Virus record (IMG/VR): IMGVR_UViG_3300000976_000011
Coordinates: 77,676-141,675 of that record
DNA: 64,000 nt
From: a virus
Reading direction: 5' to 3' (one strand)
Positions 1 to 10,213 of this stretch are shown in pieces (within the stretch, counting starts at the first letter, position 1; each line of letters begins with the position of its first letter). The translations under genes were made by a program, and so were the position numbers. Under the pieces are notes generated by a model. That model did no database searches. It was not told the DNA's origin and saw only the letters and a program-made list of their open reading frames with translations.

Positions 1-95
1 TTTGTTCTGAGTCAGACTTTAAAGAAGAAACCGAATACTTTAAAGATATGGGTTTTGAAAAAGAATATGAAGTAAACGCAATTTGTGTAAATTAA
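1..95 (+). CDS. 3' end of a gene truncated by the window edge (…CSESDFKEETEYFKDMGFEKEYEVNAICVN*)
   Basis: Open frame from 3 to TAA at 93-95; stop overlaps the stop of the convergent GIY-YIG gene. Confidence 0.4.
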   Translation, partial: CSESDFKEETEYFKDMGFEKEYEVNAICVN

Positions 96-703
96 ATATG
101 TTTACAATTATTGAAGTGGTATCGTTTCATAAGATTTAAACCTCCAACTTTAGAGCAGTGAGGACAAGAAACTTTTTCTTTAGGACCAAACATTTTATCT
201 TTATTTTTTCTTGGTTTTCTCATTTTAGATAAAGTTTCTTCTGATTTCTTAGTACCATACTGTGGATGTTTTGAACCTGAAAAATCTGCATGATTTTTAG
301 ACATATTTCTTTTATGGTCCTCTGATTTGGGTACTCCATATAGTGGTGAAAGTTTTCCTTTATATTTTGATGCTGCAATCGATAACTTCTTTTTAGTTTC
401 GTTAGATGTAGGTTTTCTAGTATAAGTACTGGCTCCACCTTCTTTAAGATTATAATATAAAGAACTATTAACGGCGTCAACAGACTTTATATATGATTCC
501 TCTTTATTATTTAAATCTTGTAAGTCTTCACATATTTGAAGAATTTTCCTAGAAAAATGCTCTTTACCATATTTCCTAATAGCCTTATGTAATAAAGTTC
601 CTGAACCTAAATAATTATCGTCCAAATAGCCAAAATGTTGACCTATATACTTTTTCTTATTAATTAGATTTGTTGTTTCATAAACAAAGTGTATTTTAGA
701 CAT
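92..703 (-). mobile_element. GIY-YIG homing endonuclease (Seg-like) with NUMOD3-type repeats and C-terminal Cys/His knuckle
   Basis: FVYETTNLINKKKYIGQH…YLGSG…YYNL GIY-YIG motif; NPxYG/SEET repeats; CPHC…HFNNC. Confidence 0.9.
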
Positions 704-754
704 TAGATAAATAATTTTTAATTAATAACAATAATATTTATAGAGAGGTAAAAT

Positions 755-955
755 TTGCCATTATATCAATATCACTGCGATAAATGTGACAAAACAGTCG
801 AAGAATTAAGAAAAATTTCTGAGATGAATAATATACCTAAGTGTAAAAAAGCTGATTGTGAAATGAAAAAAATTATTTTTACAACCGGTCTTAAAATTTC
901 AGGTAAAGGCGTATATTCTCCAGGATTTCATGTTAATTCGACAAGAAAAAAATAA
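755..955 (+). CDS. FmdB-family zinc-ribbon protein
   Basis: MPLYQYHCDKC…PKC…C, followed by the typical 'GxGxY' segment; TTG start after GAGG. Confidence 0.8.
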   Translation: MPLYQYHCDKCDKTVEELRKISEMNNIPKCKKADCEMKKIIFTTGLKISGKGVYSPGFHVNSTRKK

Positions 956-956
956 A

Positions 957-1118
957 ATGCTAAAGAAAACTCTTATAGGTTCCACTAAAATAGCTGTTGA
1001 AGTTATGGCTGAAAAATATTTAGATGAAGGTTGGAAAATTTCAGGTCCGCCAACATTCTTTGAAGATTATTGTGATGGTACTGAAACTTGGACCTTAGTA
1101 ATAACATATGAAAATTAA
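957..1118 (+). CDS. hypothetical protein
   Basis: ORF track 930-1118; ATG at 957 directly follows the upstream stop. Confidence 0.5.
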   Translation: MLKKTLIGSTKIAVEVMAEKYLDEGWKISGPPTFFEDYCDGTETWTLVITYEN

Positions 1119-1623
1119 ATATAAAGTTGGCTGTCTTATAGAGGCAGCAAAAGAGGGCGAAGTTGATATAATAGCTCATCAAACAAATTGTAAATGTTTA
1201 ATGGAAAATGGCATCGCGCCTTTAATTGCTGATGCATTTGATCCAGTTGTTAGAAATGCTGATTACTTGGCCGGAATTAAAAAGCAAAACATTTTAGGAA
1301 ATTATTCTAAAGCTATAGGATTTAACTATGTTGGCGGAGGAGTGACAATATTTAATCTATATGGTCAATATGATCGTGGCGAAGATATCAATAATCTGTA
1401 TACCGATTACTCAGCATTATCAACTAGTTTAGAGAAAATGGCAAATTATTTATATGCTAATTATCTACCTGAATACAGGAAACTAGGACTTCCTAAATTA
1501 GGTGCAGGAAGGGCAAATGGAGATTGGGAAATTATATATGAAATAATTAAAACCAAGCTTGAAGGTTTTGATGTAACAATTTACGTGCTGAATAAAGATG
1601 AGATACCAATCGAAGTTAACTAA
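1108..1623 (+). CDS. Macro-domain (ADP-ribose binding/hydrolase) protein, T4 Tk.4-like
   Basis: IAHQTNC…MENGIA…IFNLYGQ…LPKLGAGRANGDW macro motifs. Confidence 0.85.
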   Translation: MKIKYKVGCLIEAAKEGEVDIIAHQTNCKCLMENGIAPLIADAFDPVVRNADYLAGIKKQNILGNYSKAIGFNYVGGGVTIFNLYGQYDRGEDINNLYTDYSALSTSLEKMANYLYANYLPEYRKLGLPKLGAGRANGDWEIIYEIIKTKLEGFDVTIYVLNKDEIPIEVN

Positions 1624-1798
1624 ATATCTTTTAGATTATAAAATCAAAGGTGAACCACAGAAAGTTTTCTTATGGTTACCAAAAAGAATAGATAATAGAA
1701 TTGTATTTTTTGAGTTCGTTCATAGAACTCCAGAATGGGTGAACTGGAGTTCTATGAGAGTCGGTTGGAATTATACTCTCTTACCAGAATCTTTATAA
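1598..1798 (+). CDS. hypothetical protein
   Basis: ORF; FLWLPKRI…FFEFV segment typical of small phage ORFs. Confidence 0.5.
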   Translation: MRYQSKLTKYLLDYKIKGEPQKVFLWLPKRIDNRIVFFEFVHRTPEWVNWSSMRVGWNYTLLPESL

Positions 1799-2343
1799 AC
1801 TTGAGGTTTTGTAGCTCTCTTGAAGTTAGCTAAAGGTAATAAAACTATTTCATGCCAATCAGTCGCTGGAATTTTAATGAGCTTACTTCTAAGCTGACTA
1901 TAAAGATAGTGTTTATATGTCACTTTATAATATTTTGAAGCAGATTTAACTACGCCGTATGAAAGTTTTAATTTAGATCTTTCTGTTATTTTTCTTAAAT
2001 TAGAAACAGCAATTAATTTATCTAAAACTAAAACTCTTTTTCTCGGTGGTATATAATGAAGATTAAGACCAGCAAAGCCGCCAGCTTTAGGACCAATATG
2101 TAAAATTAGAGGAAATCTATCCCAATAAGGTAATTTATCATCATGTTTAGCAGAATATTGAAATAGATACATATTACCTATTGTTGGTCTACTAACTTGA
2201 TTCTTTTTAGTTTGTTTCGTAAAATCTTTTATTCTATTTGATAAAAAAGTTTTTGAACGACGAGTAGCTCTTTCAATGCTTGATTTTTTTCTACCAGTTA
2301 ATAGAAAATCTTTTAGGCTTGATTGTTGTTCATTTCTTTTCAT
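1771..2343 (-). CDS. 2: DNA end protector protein (T4 gp2-like)
   Basis: GNMYLFQYSAKH…LPYWDRFPLI…GLNLHYIPP…YKHYL…LPLANF; start placed at ATG 2343, 5 nt after TATAAATA. Confidence 0.9.
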   Translation of the reverse strand: MKRNEQQSSLKDFLLTGRKKSSIERATRRSKTFLSNRIKDFTKQTKKNQVSRPTIGNMYLFQYSAKHDDKLPYWDRFPLILHIGPKAGGFAGLNLHYIPPRKRVLVLDKLIAVSNLRKITERSKLKLSYGVVKSASKYYKVTYKHYLYSQLRSKLIKIPATDWHEIVLLPLANFKRATKPQVYKDSGKRV

Positions 2344-2417
2344 AAATATATTTATATACAACAAGGTTAATAAGTGTTATAATTATAAATTATGAAGAGC
2401 ACTAAAAGGGTTGACAA

Positions 2418-2615
2418 GTGGTAATAGATGAATATACAGAATATTTTCTTGATGCTTTTATATTTTGCAAAGAAGAATTAGTAACAATAGATGAAAGTGT
2501 TTATGAATTTACAGTATTTTTAGAGGGCTCTACAGAAAAATTTAATAATAAACTTCAGGCTATGGTTTTTATAAACGAGTGGTCTGATAAAATACAATTT
2601 AATGAGGTATCATGA
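2418..2615 (+). CDS. hypothetical protein
   Basis: ORF track; GTG start. Confidence 0.45.
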   Translation: MVIDEYTEYFLDAFIFCKEELVTIDESVYEFTVFLEGSTEKFNNKLQAMVFINEWSDKIQFNEVS

Positions 2616-2761
2616 AATTTAAGAATTTAAGAATAGGACAAAGATTTATGCATGATAATTTTTTGTTTATAAAATTATTCAGTTCAATAATGTTAGTTTC
2701 AACTAAAGCTACTTACGAGTCACTAAGCTGTGACACAGAGGTTATCCTTGTCAAGAACTAA
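2612..2761 (+). CDS. 49-aa hypothetical protein (MKFKNLRIGQRF…), not in ORF track
   Basis: GAGGT RBS, ATGA overlap with upstream stop, open to TAA 2759-2761. Confidence 0.55.
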   Translation: MKFKNLRIGQRFMHDNFLFIKLFSSIMLVSTKATYESLSCDTEVILVKN

Positions 2762-2948
2762 AGCAATTAACGAAAAATGTAAAGAATGTATTTATGATGA
2801 AACCCAAAAAGGAACGTGGCGGCAACAAGTCGCTGATTGTACGAGCTATACATGCGCTCTTAGGCCCTTTCGACCCTTGCCAAAAGGATATAAAGAATCT
2901 AGATTGGCCAAAAGAGACAAAGGCCGAAGAAGCATGGCGAATCGATAG
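2730..2948 (+). CDS. small Cys4 zinc-binding protein
   Basis: KAINEKCKEC…QVADC…CALRPFRP pattern. Confidence 0.65.
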   Translation: MTQRLSLSRTKAINEKCKECIYDETQKGTWRQQVADCTSYTCALRPFRPLPKGYKESRLAKRDKGRRSMANR

Positions 2949-3035
2949 TTTTTTAAGATTACAAGCTGATAGATATGCTGATCAAAGAAAGTTTCCTAGG
3001 TATGCCGATAGTTCTGGCAATTTAAGAAACACGAG

Positions 3036-3866
3036 CTACTCATGAGACTTTTCGAATGTGAAACCTAAATCTCTAAGAGATTTACCTATAATAGAGTTAT
3101 CATAAGTTTTATTTAAGTAATTAGATTTCTGATAAAATGTTTTAGTGATAACTCTATTATTTTTACAAAAATCTCTTATTTGTCTAATACTTAATAGTCC
3201 GTTTGAAACATCTATAGATTTTAATGTTTCAAACTTTCCTATAGGGGTAATCCAGTAGCCTTTCCAAGAAGGATTGTTTTTATTAAGAATAGAATTCGAT
3301 ATATTATCCTTATGTTTCTGCGATAAAGAAGAACCTAATTTTGCTAAAGATATATTTTTACTGTGTTCTTTAGATCTAATTTTACCTTTTAATTTTTCTG
3401 AGAGTAATCTTTTAGTTTGTTCTGAAACTTTAGGTTTAGAAAATGCGCTTTTAGACATTTTCGCTTTACTTTCTTTACTATGTTTTCTACCATTCATCGG
3501 GCCTTTAGTTCCAAACCAATGATTGTTAGATCCTTTCATAGAATTTGAATGCTCGAGTCTATATTTTTCAAACAATCTGGAATTAATCTTATTTTTGTAT
3601 TTAGATAAATTACACATATACCATCTTGCTCTTACCATCTTTTCATGATCAAGTCCTTTTGTAAATTTAGGTAATAGAAGGTGAGCTATAAAGTGTTCTT
3701 TTGCCGTCAGCAAGACTAAATTAGTTTTATCATTAGAGCCATTACAAGATTTAGGTATTATATGGTGAGATTCATAATAAGCATCTTTCTTAGATCTTTT
3801 TAGTTTACTTCTAGAATTAATTAGGTTATAATACCAATTATAGTATTTGTTATTTAATATATCCAT
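3036..3866 (-). mobile_element. HNH homing endonuclease (Mob-like) with NUMOD3-type repeats
   Basis: YYESHHIIPKS…NLVLLTAKEHFIAHLLL; HSKESKAKMS repeats. Confidence 0.9.
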
Positions 3867-3884
3867 ATAACTATTTATAAAATT

Positions 3885-4648
3885 ATGAATAAAAATGTAA
3901 AAAAAAAAAAGTTTGTTTAATTAGTGATATTCACGTAGAATTCTATGATAAAAATGCTTTATTAGATCTTATACCATCAGAAGGCTATGACATACTCTTG
4001 CTCCTAGGCGACATCAGTGAGAATCCTAAATTCATACAAAGAATCTGTGATAAAATTACTAATAAGCCTATAATTTATGTATTAGGAAATCATGAATATT
4101 ATGGTAATCCGCATAGCGGCATGGCGTCGACAGAATCTAATTATCATGATATTGAAAAGATATACGATAACCTTACAGTATTTTCTTCTAAATTTAATTA
4201 TATTGATATAGATGGAACAATCTTCTTAGGTTCAGTAAATTGGCCTGATATACCAGTAAATGATCAATTTAACATTTCTAGAAGTATAAATGATTTTAGA
4301 ACTGGAAATATTTCTATCGCTGAAAGCGTATATTCTAAAATACAATTTGATAAAGATATAGAAGCATATTTAGATTTAACGTATGATGAGAATAAAACTT
4401 ATATAGGTTTAACTCATTTTATTCCAGGAGAATTTGCCTGTGCACCTCAATGGAAGGGACATAGTTTAAATTGTTATTTTGTTTCTCCTATTAATTTTGA
4501 TATATTTTCTCGATGTAATTATTGGCTATTTGGCCACGGTCATGATCCTATAAATACTATTGTAGAAGGATGTAATTTTATATCAAATCCACTGGGTTAT
4601 CCACATGAAGGAAATCATGAATGGCAACCTTTAATTATAGAACTTTAG
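3885..4648 (+). CDS. calcineurin-like metallophosphoesterase; reading frame interrupted at an A12 run (3899-3910)
   Basis: SDIH (3923-3934), LGDI, GNHE, THF, GHGH, NPLGY motifs; motif I lies upstream of the track's start at 3998 and is out of frame with ATG 3885. Confidence 0.85.
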
Positions 4649-4658
4649 GTATCAAAAA

Positions 4659-5462
4659 ATGTTTAAAAAATTAATTGTAGTAGGTGCAATGGCTTTAGCT
4701 ATCACTGGCTGCGCAACTAGCACAATATCGACGTCAGATACAAGATTTGATGTAGAAACAAATAAAACTGTAACGCAAACTGAAACCAAACAAGTTTCTC
4801 AAAGAACTCTTAAATATATTTCAAGAGTTGACTTAGCGAAAACAATGTGTGAATCTTCAGGAAATGCATATAAAGAATTTTTAGTTTTATCTGATACAAA
4901 TGTTGAGTTTTTACCTATTGTGATTCAAGATGGTAAATATGTTCAATTACCGGATGAAGCAAAAATTGTTTTCAGTAATACAGTTAATCGGCCTGACGCA
5001 TCGCCGTTTAATGTCGGGAATTGCGTTGAAGATATAATGAAAACTGGAATCGAAAGAGTGTTTACTAGTTTATATAAAGATGTATTTAAATTAGGTAGAG
5101 ATTTAGTTCCTTATGGTGCAGGCTTTGCTATAGCTGATAGATTCTTTGATTTTGCTCAAGATAGTAATGATTCTATTGCTGAAAATGCTGGAGATAGATT
5201 AACAGTAACTGGTGATAATAATCGTGTAGCATCAGGTGCTGATTCTACGTTTAATGAACAGCCAGGTATTCCTGTTGAACCGGTAACTCTAGAAGACGGT
5301 GCTTTATCGGGTGACGATGACTCATGCGAAGATCAAGGTGGAACAGTTAGACCTATTATTCCAACAGAAAATAATCCATTAGAAGATATAAATGGTGCTT
5401 TCGACGCGAATGGTGATGGCCTAGTATGTTCAATTCCAGGCGGCGGTTCAATCGACAATTAA
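4659..5462 (+). CDS. lipoprotein with acidic C-terminus
   Basis: MFKKLIVVGAMALAITGC lipobox; DANGDG Ca-binding-like motif near C-terminus. Confidence 0.75.
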   Translation: MFKKLIVVGAMALAITGCATSTISTSDTRFDVETNKTVTQTETKQVSQRTLKYISRVDLAKTMCESSGNAYKEFLVLSDTNVEFLPIVIQDGKYVQLPDEAKIVFSNTVNRPDASPFNVGNCVEDIMKTGIERVFTSLYKDVFKLGRDLVPYGAGFAIADRFFDFAQDSNDSIAENAGDRLTVTGDNNRVASGADSTFNEQPGIPVEPVTLEDGALSGDDDSCEDQGGTVRPIIPTENNPLEDINGAFDANGDGLVCSIPGGGSIDN

Positions 5463-5471
5463 TTTATAATA

Positions 5472-5501
5472 GGTGGCTGTTGTAGAAATATGACAGCCAC
5501 C
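5472..5501 (+). terminator. GC-rich hairpin with GAAA tetraloop, no U-tract (terminator or processing stem)
   Basis: GGTGGCTGTTGTA-GAAA-TATGACAGCCACC. Confidence 0.5.
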
Positions 5502-5512
5502 AAGGTTTAAGT

Positions 5513-5755
5513 ATGTATAAATGTCCTCACTGTAATGGTTTAACTTACTTTCGTTTAATTAATGATAATGATGTACAATATATCGCTTGTGTCTGTTTAG
5601 GACCAGTTAATAATCAACATGAATTAAACGGGCTACAGAATAAACTAAAAAGATTTGAAAAATTAGAAAATGTTACAGCTACTGGTTTCACTGTAGAAAA
5701 TAGAGAAATTCAGTATATTGATAATGTTGAATCTAAAGATATTAAAACAACATGA
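5513..5755 (+). CDS. small zinc-finger protein
   Basis: CPHC…CVC. Confidence 0.55.
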   Translation: MYKCPHCNGLTYFRLINDNDVQYIACVCLGPVNNQHELNGLQNKLKRFEKLENVTATGFTVENREIQYIDNVESKDIKTT

Positions 5756-5976
5756 TTAATGAAGAAGATTTCGACATAGAAATAAAAAAATTATTTGATG
5801 AAATTGTTTTCTCGGATAGTTTACAAAACAAACTAAATAGTTTAAAATTCTATATCTCAATAGAGCCTGATTTTGAAATGGATTCATTAAAGGTATCATT
5901 AGACTATTGCAATAAATATAATTTCTACAGAAGGATCTGTTTCTACTTTCAAGGTAAGGTGCCTTACCTGATTTGA
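5752..5976 (+). CDS. hypothetical protein
   Basis: ATGA-coupled ORF. Confidence 0.5.
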   Translation: MINEEDFDIEIKKLFDEIVFSDSLQNKLNSLKFYISIEPDFEMDSLKVSLDYCNKYNFYRRICFYFQGKVPYLI

Positions 5977-6716
5977 GGACAATTATCGAAATGATAAGGT
6001 TTCATATTAGCTAAAGATCCAGTTTTGCCGCAATTTGGGCATAGACCTCTAGGCCTAATTTTTCCTTTAAGAGCTTTAGATACTGCATCTTTATGACTCT
6101 GAGATATTTTTTTACCCTTATTGGCTTTCGAAATTTTAGCTTTTACAACATTTGAGTGATCTTTTCCATAAAATGGATTATTTTCGCCTGAGTAATTTTG
6201 AGAATTATATGTAGCTCTCCTAATAGAAGCTTCTTTTTTTCTTTTGTCGGACCAAGAATCGGACATTTTGTCTCTAGTTTCTTGAGAATAAATATGACCG
6301 TACATAGGGTTGTTTTCTGGCTCAGCAAGACGTTTCTTGGTACTCTTTGATAATTTGTCTCTAGTTTCTTGAGAAATTATTCTATTTGACATACTCACAG
6401 AAAACTTTTTCTTTATTTTATCATAAAGAAAAGAATTGATTTTATTTTTGCTGGTTGATCCCATCATAACTATAGCAAATAACATAGATTTTTTATCCTT
6501 TCCTTTTAAAAATCTAGGTAATAATAAATGAGCTATAAAGTGTTCTCTAGCAGTAAGAAGTACTAAATTATCGGGTCGATTAGATCCACCTAAACTTCTA
6601 GGAATTATGTGATGTTGTTCGAAGTAATTTTTAGAGTTTTTAACTCTATTTAGTTTACTTCTTGATTCCATTAAGTTATAATACCACGTGGAATATTTGT
6701 TTTTAATTTCGTTCAT
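5964..6716 (-). mobile_element. HNH homing endonuclease with NUMOD3 repeats and C-terminal Cys/His knuckle
   Basis: FEQHHIIPRSLGGS…NLVLLTAREHFIAHLLL; NPMYG/NPFYGKDHS; CPNC…HFDNC. Confidence 0.9.
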
Positions 6717-6739
6717 AAATATATTTATAGGAGTTCAAT

Positions 6740-7666
6740 ATTCAATTTTTAGATTACAGAGGCTATATCATGGCCCAAATATTTGGCTATTCAAAATTTA
6801 TACAAGATGGTGTTTTTGATGATGATTTCTTCATTGAAAGATTTTTAGTTAATGTTGGAAAACTTTCTAGAAAATACAGAAAATATGGAAAATTAGTTAT
6901 CGCGGCTGACTCAAATAAGAGAAAATATTGGCGCACTTTAGAATTTGAACATTATAAAGCTGGAAGATATAAGGATGATAGTGCTAAATTATCTCCTAAA
7001 GATTTAGAAACTAGACAAAAGTTAAGAGAGATACCTAATAAATTAGAAAAGGTTCTTAAAGATAATTTTCCATTTTATTTTATTAGATCTATAAATGCCG
7101 AAGCTGATGATGTAATTGCTACAATAATCGCTCACAAATTCGATGAGAAACATTTAATATTATCTGCTGATGGTGACTTTGTACAACTTCAAAGATATAA
7201 TGTTGATCAGTGGGATACAACTAGAAATAGATGGTTGAAATCACAAACACCTGAATTAGATTTAACAGAGAAAATATTTAGAGGAGATACTGGAGACGGT
7301 ATACCAAACATTCTATCAGATGATGACACTTTAGTTATTGAAGCAAAACGCCAAGGTAGAATGACTCAGAAAAAATTAAAGTATCTATTTAACTTAGACT
7401 TTGATAAAATGAAATCAGATATCGAATACTATATGTCACTATCTGAAAACAAGGAGAAATCAATGGAAGATTTCGACAATGGAAAACTTGTAAAGCGATA
7501 TTTCCAAAATAAAAAGCTTATTGATTTATCAGAAACTCCTTTAGAAGTAAAGGAAGATATTTTAAATCAATATCGAGAATATGGAGAATTACCAAACCGA
7601 GTTATGAAATATTGTATGAAAAACAAATATGCTCATATATTCGAACACCTTAACCTTTTTAATTAA
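6740..7666 (+). CDS. rnh: RNase H / 5'-3' exonuclease (T4 rnh-like); probable ATT start at 6740
   Basis: YWR…YKAGR, EADDVIA, LILSADGDFVQL, GDTGDGIPNI motifs; first catalytic Asp (FLDY) lies upstream of ATG 6770. Confidence 0.9.
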   Translation: MQFLDYRGYIMAQIFGYSKFIQDGVFDDDFFIERFLVNVGKLSRKYRKYGKLVIAADSNKRKYWRTLEFEHYKAGRYKDDSAKLSPKDLETRQKLREIPNKLEKVLKDNFPFYFIRSINAEADDVIATIIAHKFDEKHLILSADGDFVQLQRYNVDQWDTTRNRWLKSQTPELDLTEKIFRGDTGDGIPNILSDDDTLVIEAKRQGRMTQKKLKYLFNLDFDKMKSDIEYYMSLSENKEKSMEDFDNGKLVKRYFQNKKLIDLSETPLEVKEDILNQYREYGELPNRVMKYCMKNKYAHIFEHLNLFN

Positions 7667-7675
7667 GAAAAAAAT

Positions 7676-7963
7676 ATGACTGATAGAACACCTGAAGAAT
7701 TGAATAAAGTACTTAAAGAGCGCTGCAGAGAATTAGAAAATCATCTACAAAATACTCGAACAGAGTTAGAGAATCTAAGAAATGCAAAAGCTCGAACAGG
7801 TTTTGATTTTACTCCAATCGTTAATCCAGAAAATGGCCAAGTAGAATTTTATAGCGTTGTTTATATTATCTCAGACAATAATGTAATTCCTTTGATTCGT
7901 CATGGCGTAAAAGATGAAAATAATGTGATTGTTTGGACTGAAATGCAAGATAAATTTGAATAA
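7676..7963 (+). CDS. hypothetical coiled-coil protein
   Basis: Heptad-rich N-terminus; in operon with rnh and uvsY. Confidence 0.55.
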   Translation: MTDRTPEELNKVLKERCRELENHLQNTRTELENLRNAKARTGFDFTPIVNPENGQVEFYSVVYIISDNNVIPLIRHGVKDENNVIVWTEMQDKFE

Positions 7964-8382
7964 TGAATCCAGTAGATGAACTAAATTCTGATCTTAGTTT
8001 TAATGAACATAATTTATCTGAAAAGATAATTGAAGTTCCTGTTATAGTAACTAAATGGGCTGATAGACTTATTAAAGCTAAAAGAAAATTAGTAACATTA
8101 GAGTCTGAAAAATCTAAATTAGTTAAAGGTAGAACCAATTATTATTCTGGTAGAAAGAAAAATCCTGCTACTGATAAATTTGTTCCTGCGACTTTAAGTG
8201 CTCAAGAAATTAGAGATGTCTATATACCTGGTGATGAAACCATAATTGAAGCTAGTAAGAAAGTAGCAGCTCAAAAAAGTCAAGTATTATTTTTTGAGCA
8301 CGCTATGAAGCAAGCCAATCAATTACAGTGGACAATTAAAAATTATATTGAGTGGCAAAAATACACTCAAGGAGCTATGTAA
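7963..8382 (+). CDS. uvsY: recombination mediator UvsY
   Basis: YYSGR…YIPGD…QWTIKNYIEWQKYTQG C-terminal signature; 139 aa. Confidence 0.85.
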   Translation: MNPVDELNSDLSFNEHNLSEKIIEVPVIVTKWADRLIKAKRKLVTLESEKSKLVKGRTNYYSGRKKNPATDKFVPATLSAQEIRDVYIPGDETIIEASKKVAAQKSQVLFFEHAMKQANQLQWTIKNYIEWQKYTQGAM

Positions 8383-8624
8383 TGAATATATCTAAAGAAT
8401 TAAAAGATTTAATAATGGAAAAATCAATAGAAATTTCTCGCGAATTATATGAAGAGGAAACAGATCGAGGAATTGTAGGCGCTGAGACTACTATTGATTT
8501 AATTTATGAAAAGGAAATTTATAAATTAACAATTTCGGCCTTCTGGGAAAAATGTAATTATTTTGATTATCATATAACAGATGGAAAAACCTCAAGAAGT
8601 CAGGTGGTTGCTGGCTATTTCTAA
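8382..8624 (+). CDS. hypothetical protein
   Basis: AGGAG RBS and TAATG coupling place the start at 8382. Confidence 0.55.
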   Translation: MNISKELKDLIMEKSIEISRELYEEETDRGIVGAETTIDLIYEKEIYKLTISAFWEKCNYFDYHITDGKTSRSQVVAGYF

Positions 8625-8636
8625 ATAAATAATATT

Positions 8637-9950
8637 ATGAAAAAATATACATACGTATCAGAAATTATTGAAGATGTGAAAAATGAATCTTCGACTAATA
8701 AAAAAATAGAAATTCTTAAATCGCAAGCAGATAATAAGGAATTAAAATATGCTTTATATTTAGCTTACAATGATTATATTCAATTCTATATAAGAAAAAT
8801 ACCTGGATACATTCAAAATGAATCATTCAATAATATTTCTTTATACAACGCACTAAGCGATATAGAAAATATTTTGGCTACTAGAAAGAAAACTGGTAAT
8901 GTTGGCAAAATGTTTCTAACATTTCTTTTAGAAAGTGTTGTTGCTGAAGACGCGCCTATTATAGAAAAAGTAATAGCTAGAAATTTTGATTGTGGTATTT
9001 CTATTAAAACCATAAATAAAGTTTGGCCTGATCTTATTCCAACGTTTGATGTAATGCTTTGTTCAGACTTTGAAAGAGATAGAGTAGAATATCCTTGTAT
9101 GGTTCAAGAAAAGCTTGATGGAATGAGAGCTCTCCTTTTTTCAGAAGATGGCGAAAAGTATACAATTAGATCTCGTAAAGGTTTAGTTATAGACGACTTA
9201 GATAATTTTCAAGAAGTTAGATCTGCTATGGCGACTGGTTGGGTGTTAGACGGAGAATTAGTTGTTTATGATACCAACGGAAAAATCATGTCTCGCAAAA
9301 AAGGCAATGGTATTTGTAATAAAGCTATTAAAGGAACTATTTCTGAAGATGAAGCTTCTCGTATCGCCTTTTTTGCATTTGACGTAGTTCCAATTGATAC
9401 CTTTAAAGGTAAAACCGAGTTTCTTGGCACTCAAGAAAGGTTTGAAATGTTGACCAACCTAGTCAATTCTGTTAACAGTCCTAAACTACTTATAGCCTCA
9501 AATGAAATCGTTTCAAATGAAAGACAGATACTAAAAATGTTCACTGAATTTACTGAACAAGGAATGGAAGGAGTCGTCGTTAAAAATTCAAATCAGCCAT
9601 TTGAAGCTAAAAGATCTAAAGGTTGGATGAAGATGAAAATGGAAAATGAAATGGAGCTTGCGATCGATGAGGTCGTAGAAGGCTTGGGAAAGCATCGAGG
9701 TCGTCTAGGTACTTTGAAATGCAGAGATGCAAGTGGAAGACTTACTGTAGGTATTGGAGGTGGCTATTCCGACGATCAAAGAGAAGAATTTTGGGCTATG
9801 AAAGATGAATTAATTGGACAAATTATCACAGTTAGATATAATGAATTAATTAGTGATGATTATGGAGATATTTCGCTATTTTTGCCTAGATTTATAGAAC
9901 ATCGTTTAGATAAAACTGAAGCTGATGATGTTTTCAATTTAATAAGTTAG
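8637..9950 (+). CDS. 30: ATP-dependent DNA ligase (T4 gp30-like)
   Basis: QEKLDGMR adenylation motif, LDGELV, EGVVVK, WMKMK, SLFLPRF. Confidence 0.95.
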   Translation: MKKYTYVSEIIEDVKNESSTNKKIEILKSQADNKELKYALYLAYNDYIQFYIRKIPGYIQNESFNNISLYNALSDIENILATRKKTGNVGKMFLTFLLESVVAEDAPIIEKVIARNFDCGISIKTINKVWPDLIPTFDVMLCSDFERDRVEYPCMVQEKLDGMRALLFSEDGEKYTIRSRKGLVIDDLDNFQEVRSAMATGWVLDGELVVYDTNGKIMSRKKGNGICNKAIKGTISEDEASRIAFFAFDVVPIDTFKGKTEFLGTQERFEMLTNLVNSVNSPKLLIASNEIVSNERQILKMFTEFTEQGMEGVVVKNSNQPFEAKRSKGWMKMKMENEMELAIDEVVEGLGKHRGRLGTLKCRDASGRLTVGIGGGYSDDQREEFWAMKDELIGQIITVRYNELISDDYGDISLFLPRFIEHRLDKTEADDVFNLIS

Positions 9951-9959
9951 AGGAAAATA

Positions 9960-10154
9960 ATGGATCTTAAAAGTATTAATAAATTAGTTTGGAATTGGAT
10001 AAAAGAATTTAATATAGGATTAGATTTACCTTCTCATAATGCGTTAATTTTTGGAGCAGGTGTAATTGTTGGCTTATTTGCCAAACAATTTGCTATCTTA
10101 GCAGCTATATTATATTTAGCATATTGCTTCTATAATCAAAGAAAGTCAAATTAA
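9960..10154 (+). CDS. small membrane protein
   Basis: GAGG RBS; long hydrophobic C-terminal half. Confidence 0.6.
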   Translation: MDLKSINKLVWNWIKEFNIGLDLPSHNALIFGAGVIVGLFAKQFAILAAILYLAYCFYNQRKSN

Positions 10155-10157
10155 TAA

Positions 10158-10186
10158 TGTACATAAATGCCTATTTGGTATATAAT
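10158..10186 (+). promoter_or_regulatory. sigma70-type early promoter
   Basis: TGTACA-17-TATAAT; flanked by inverted repeat CCTATTTG/CAAATAGG. Confidence 0.6.
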
Positions 10187-10213
10187 TATATAAAATCAAA
10201 TAGGTATTAAATT

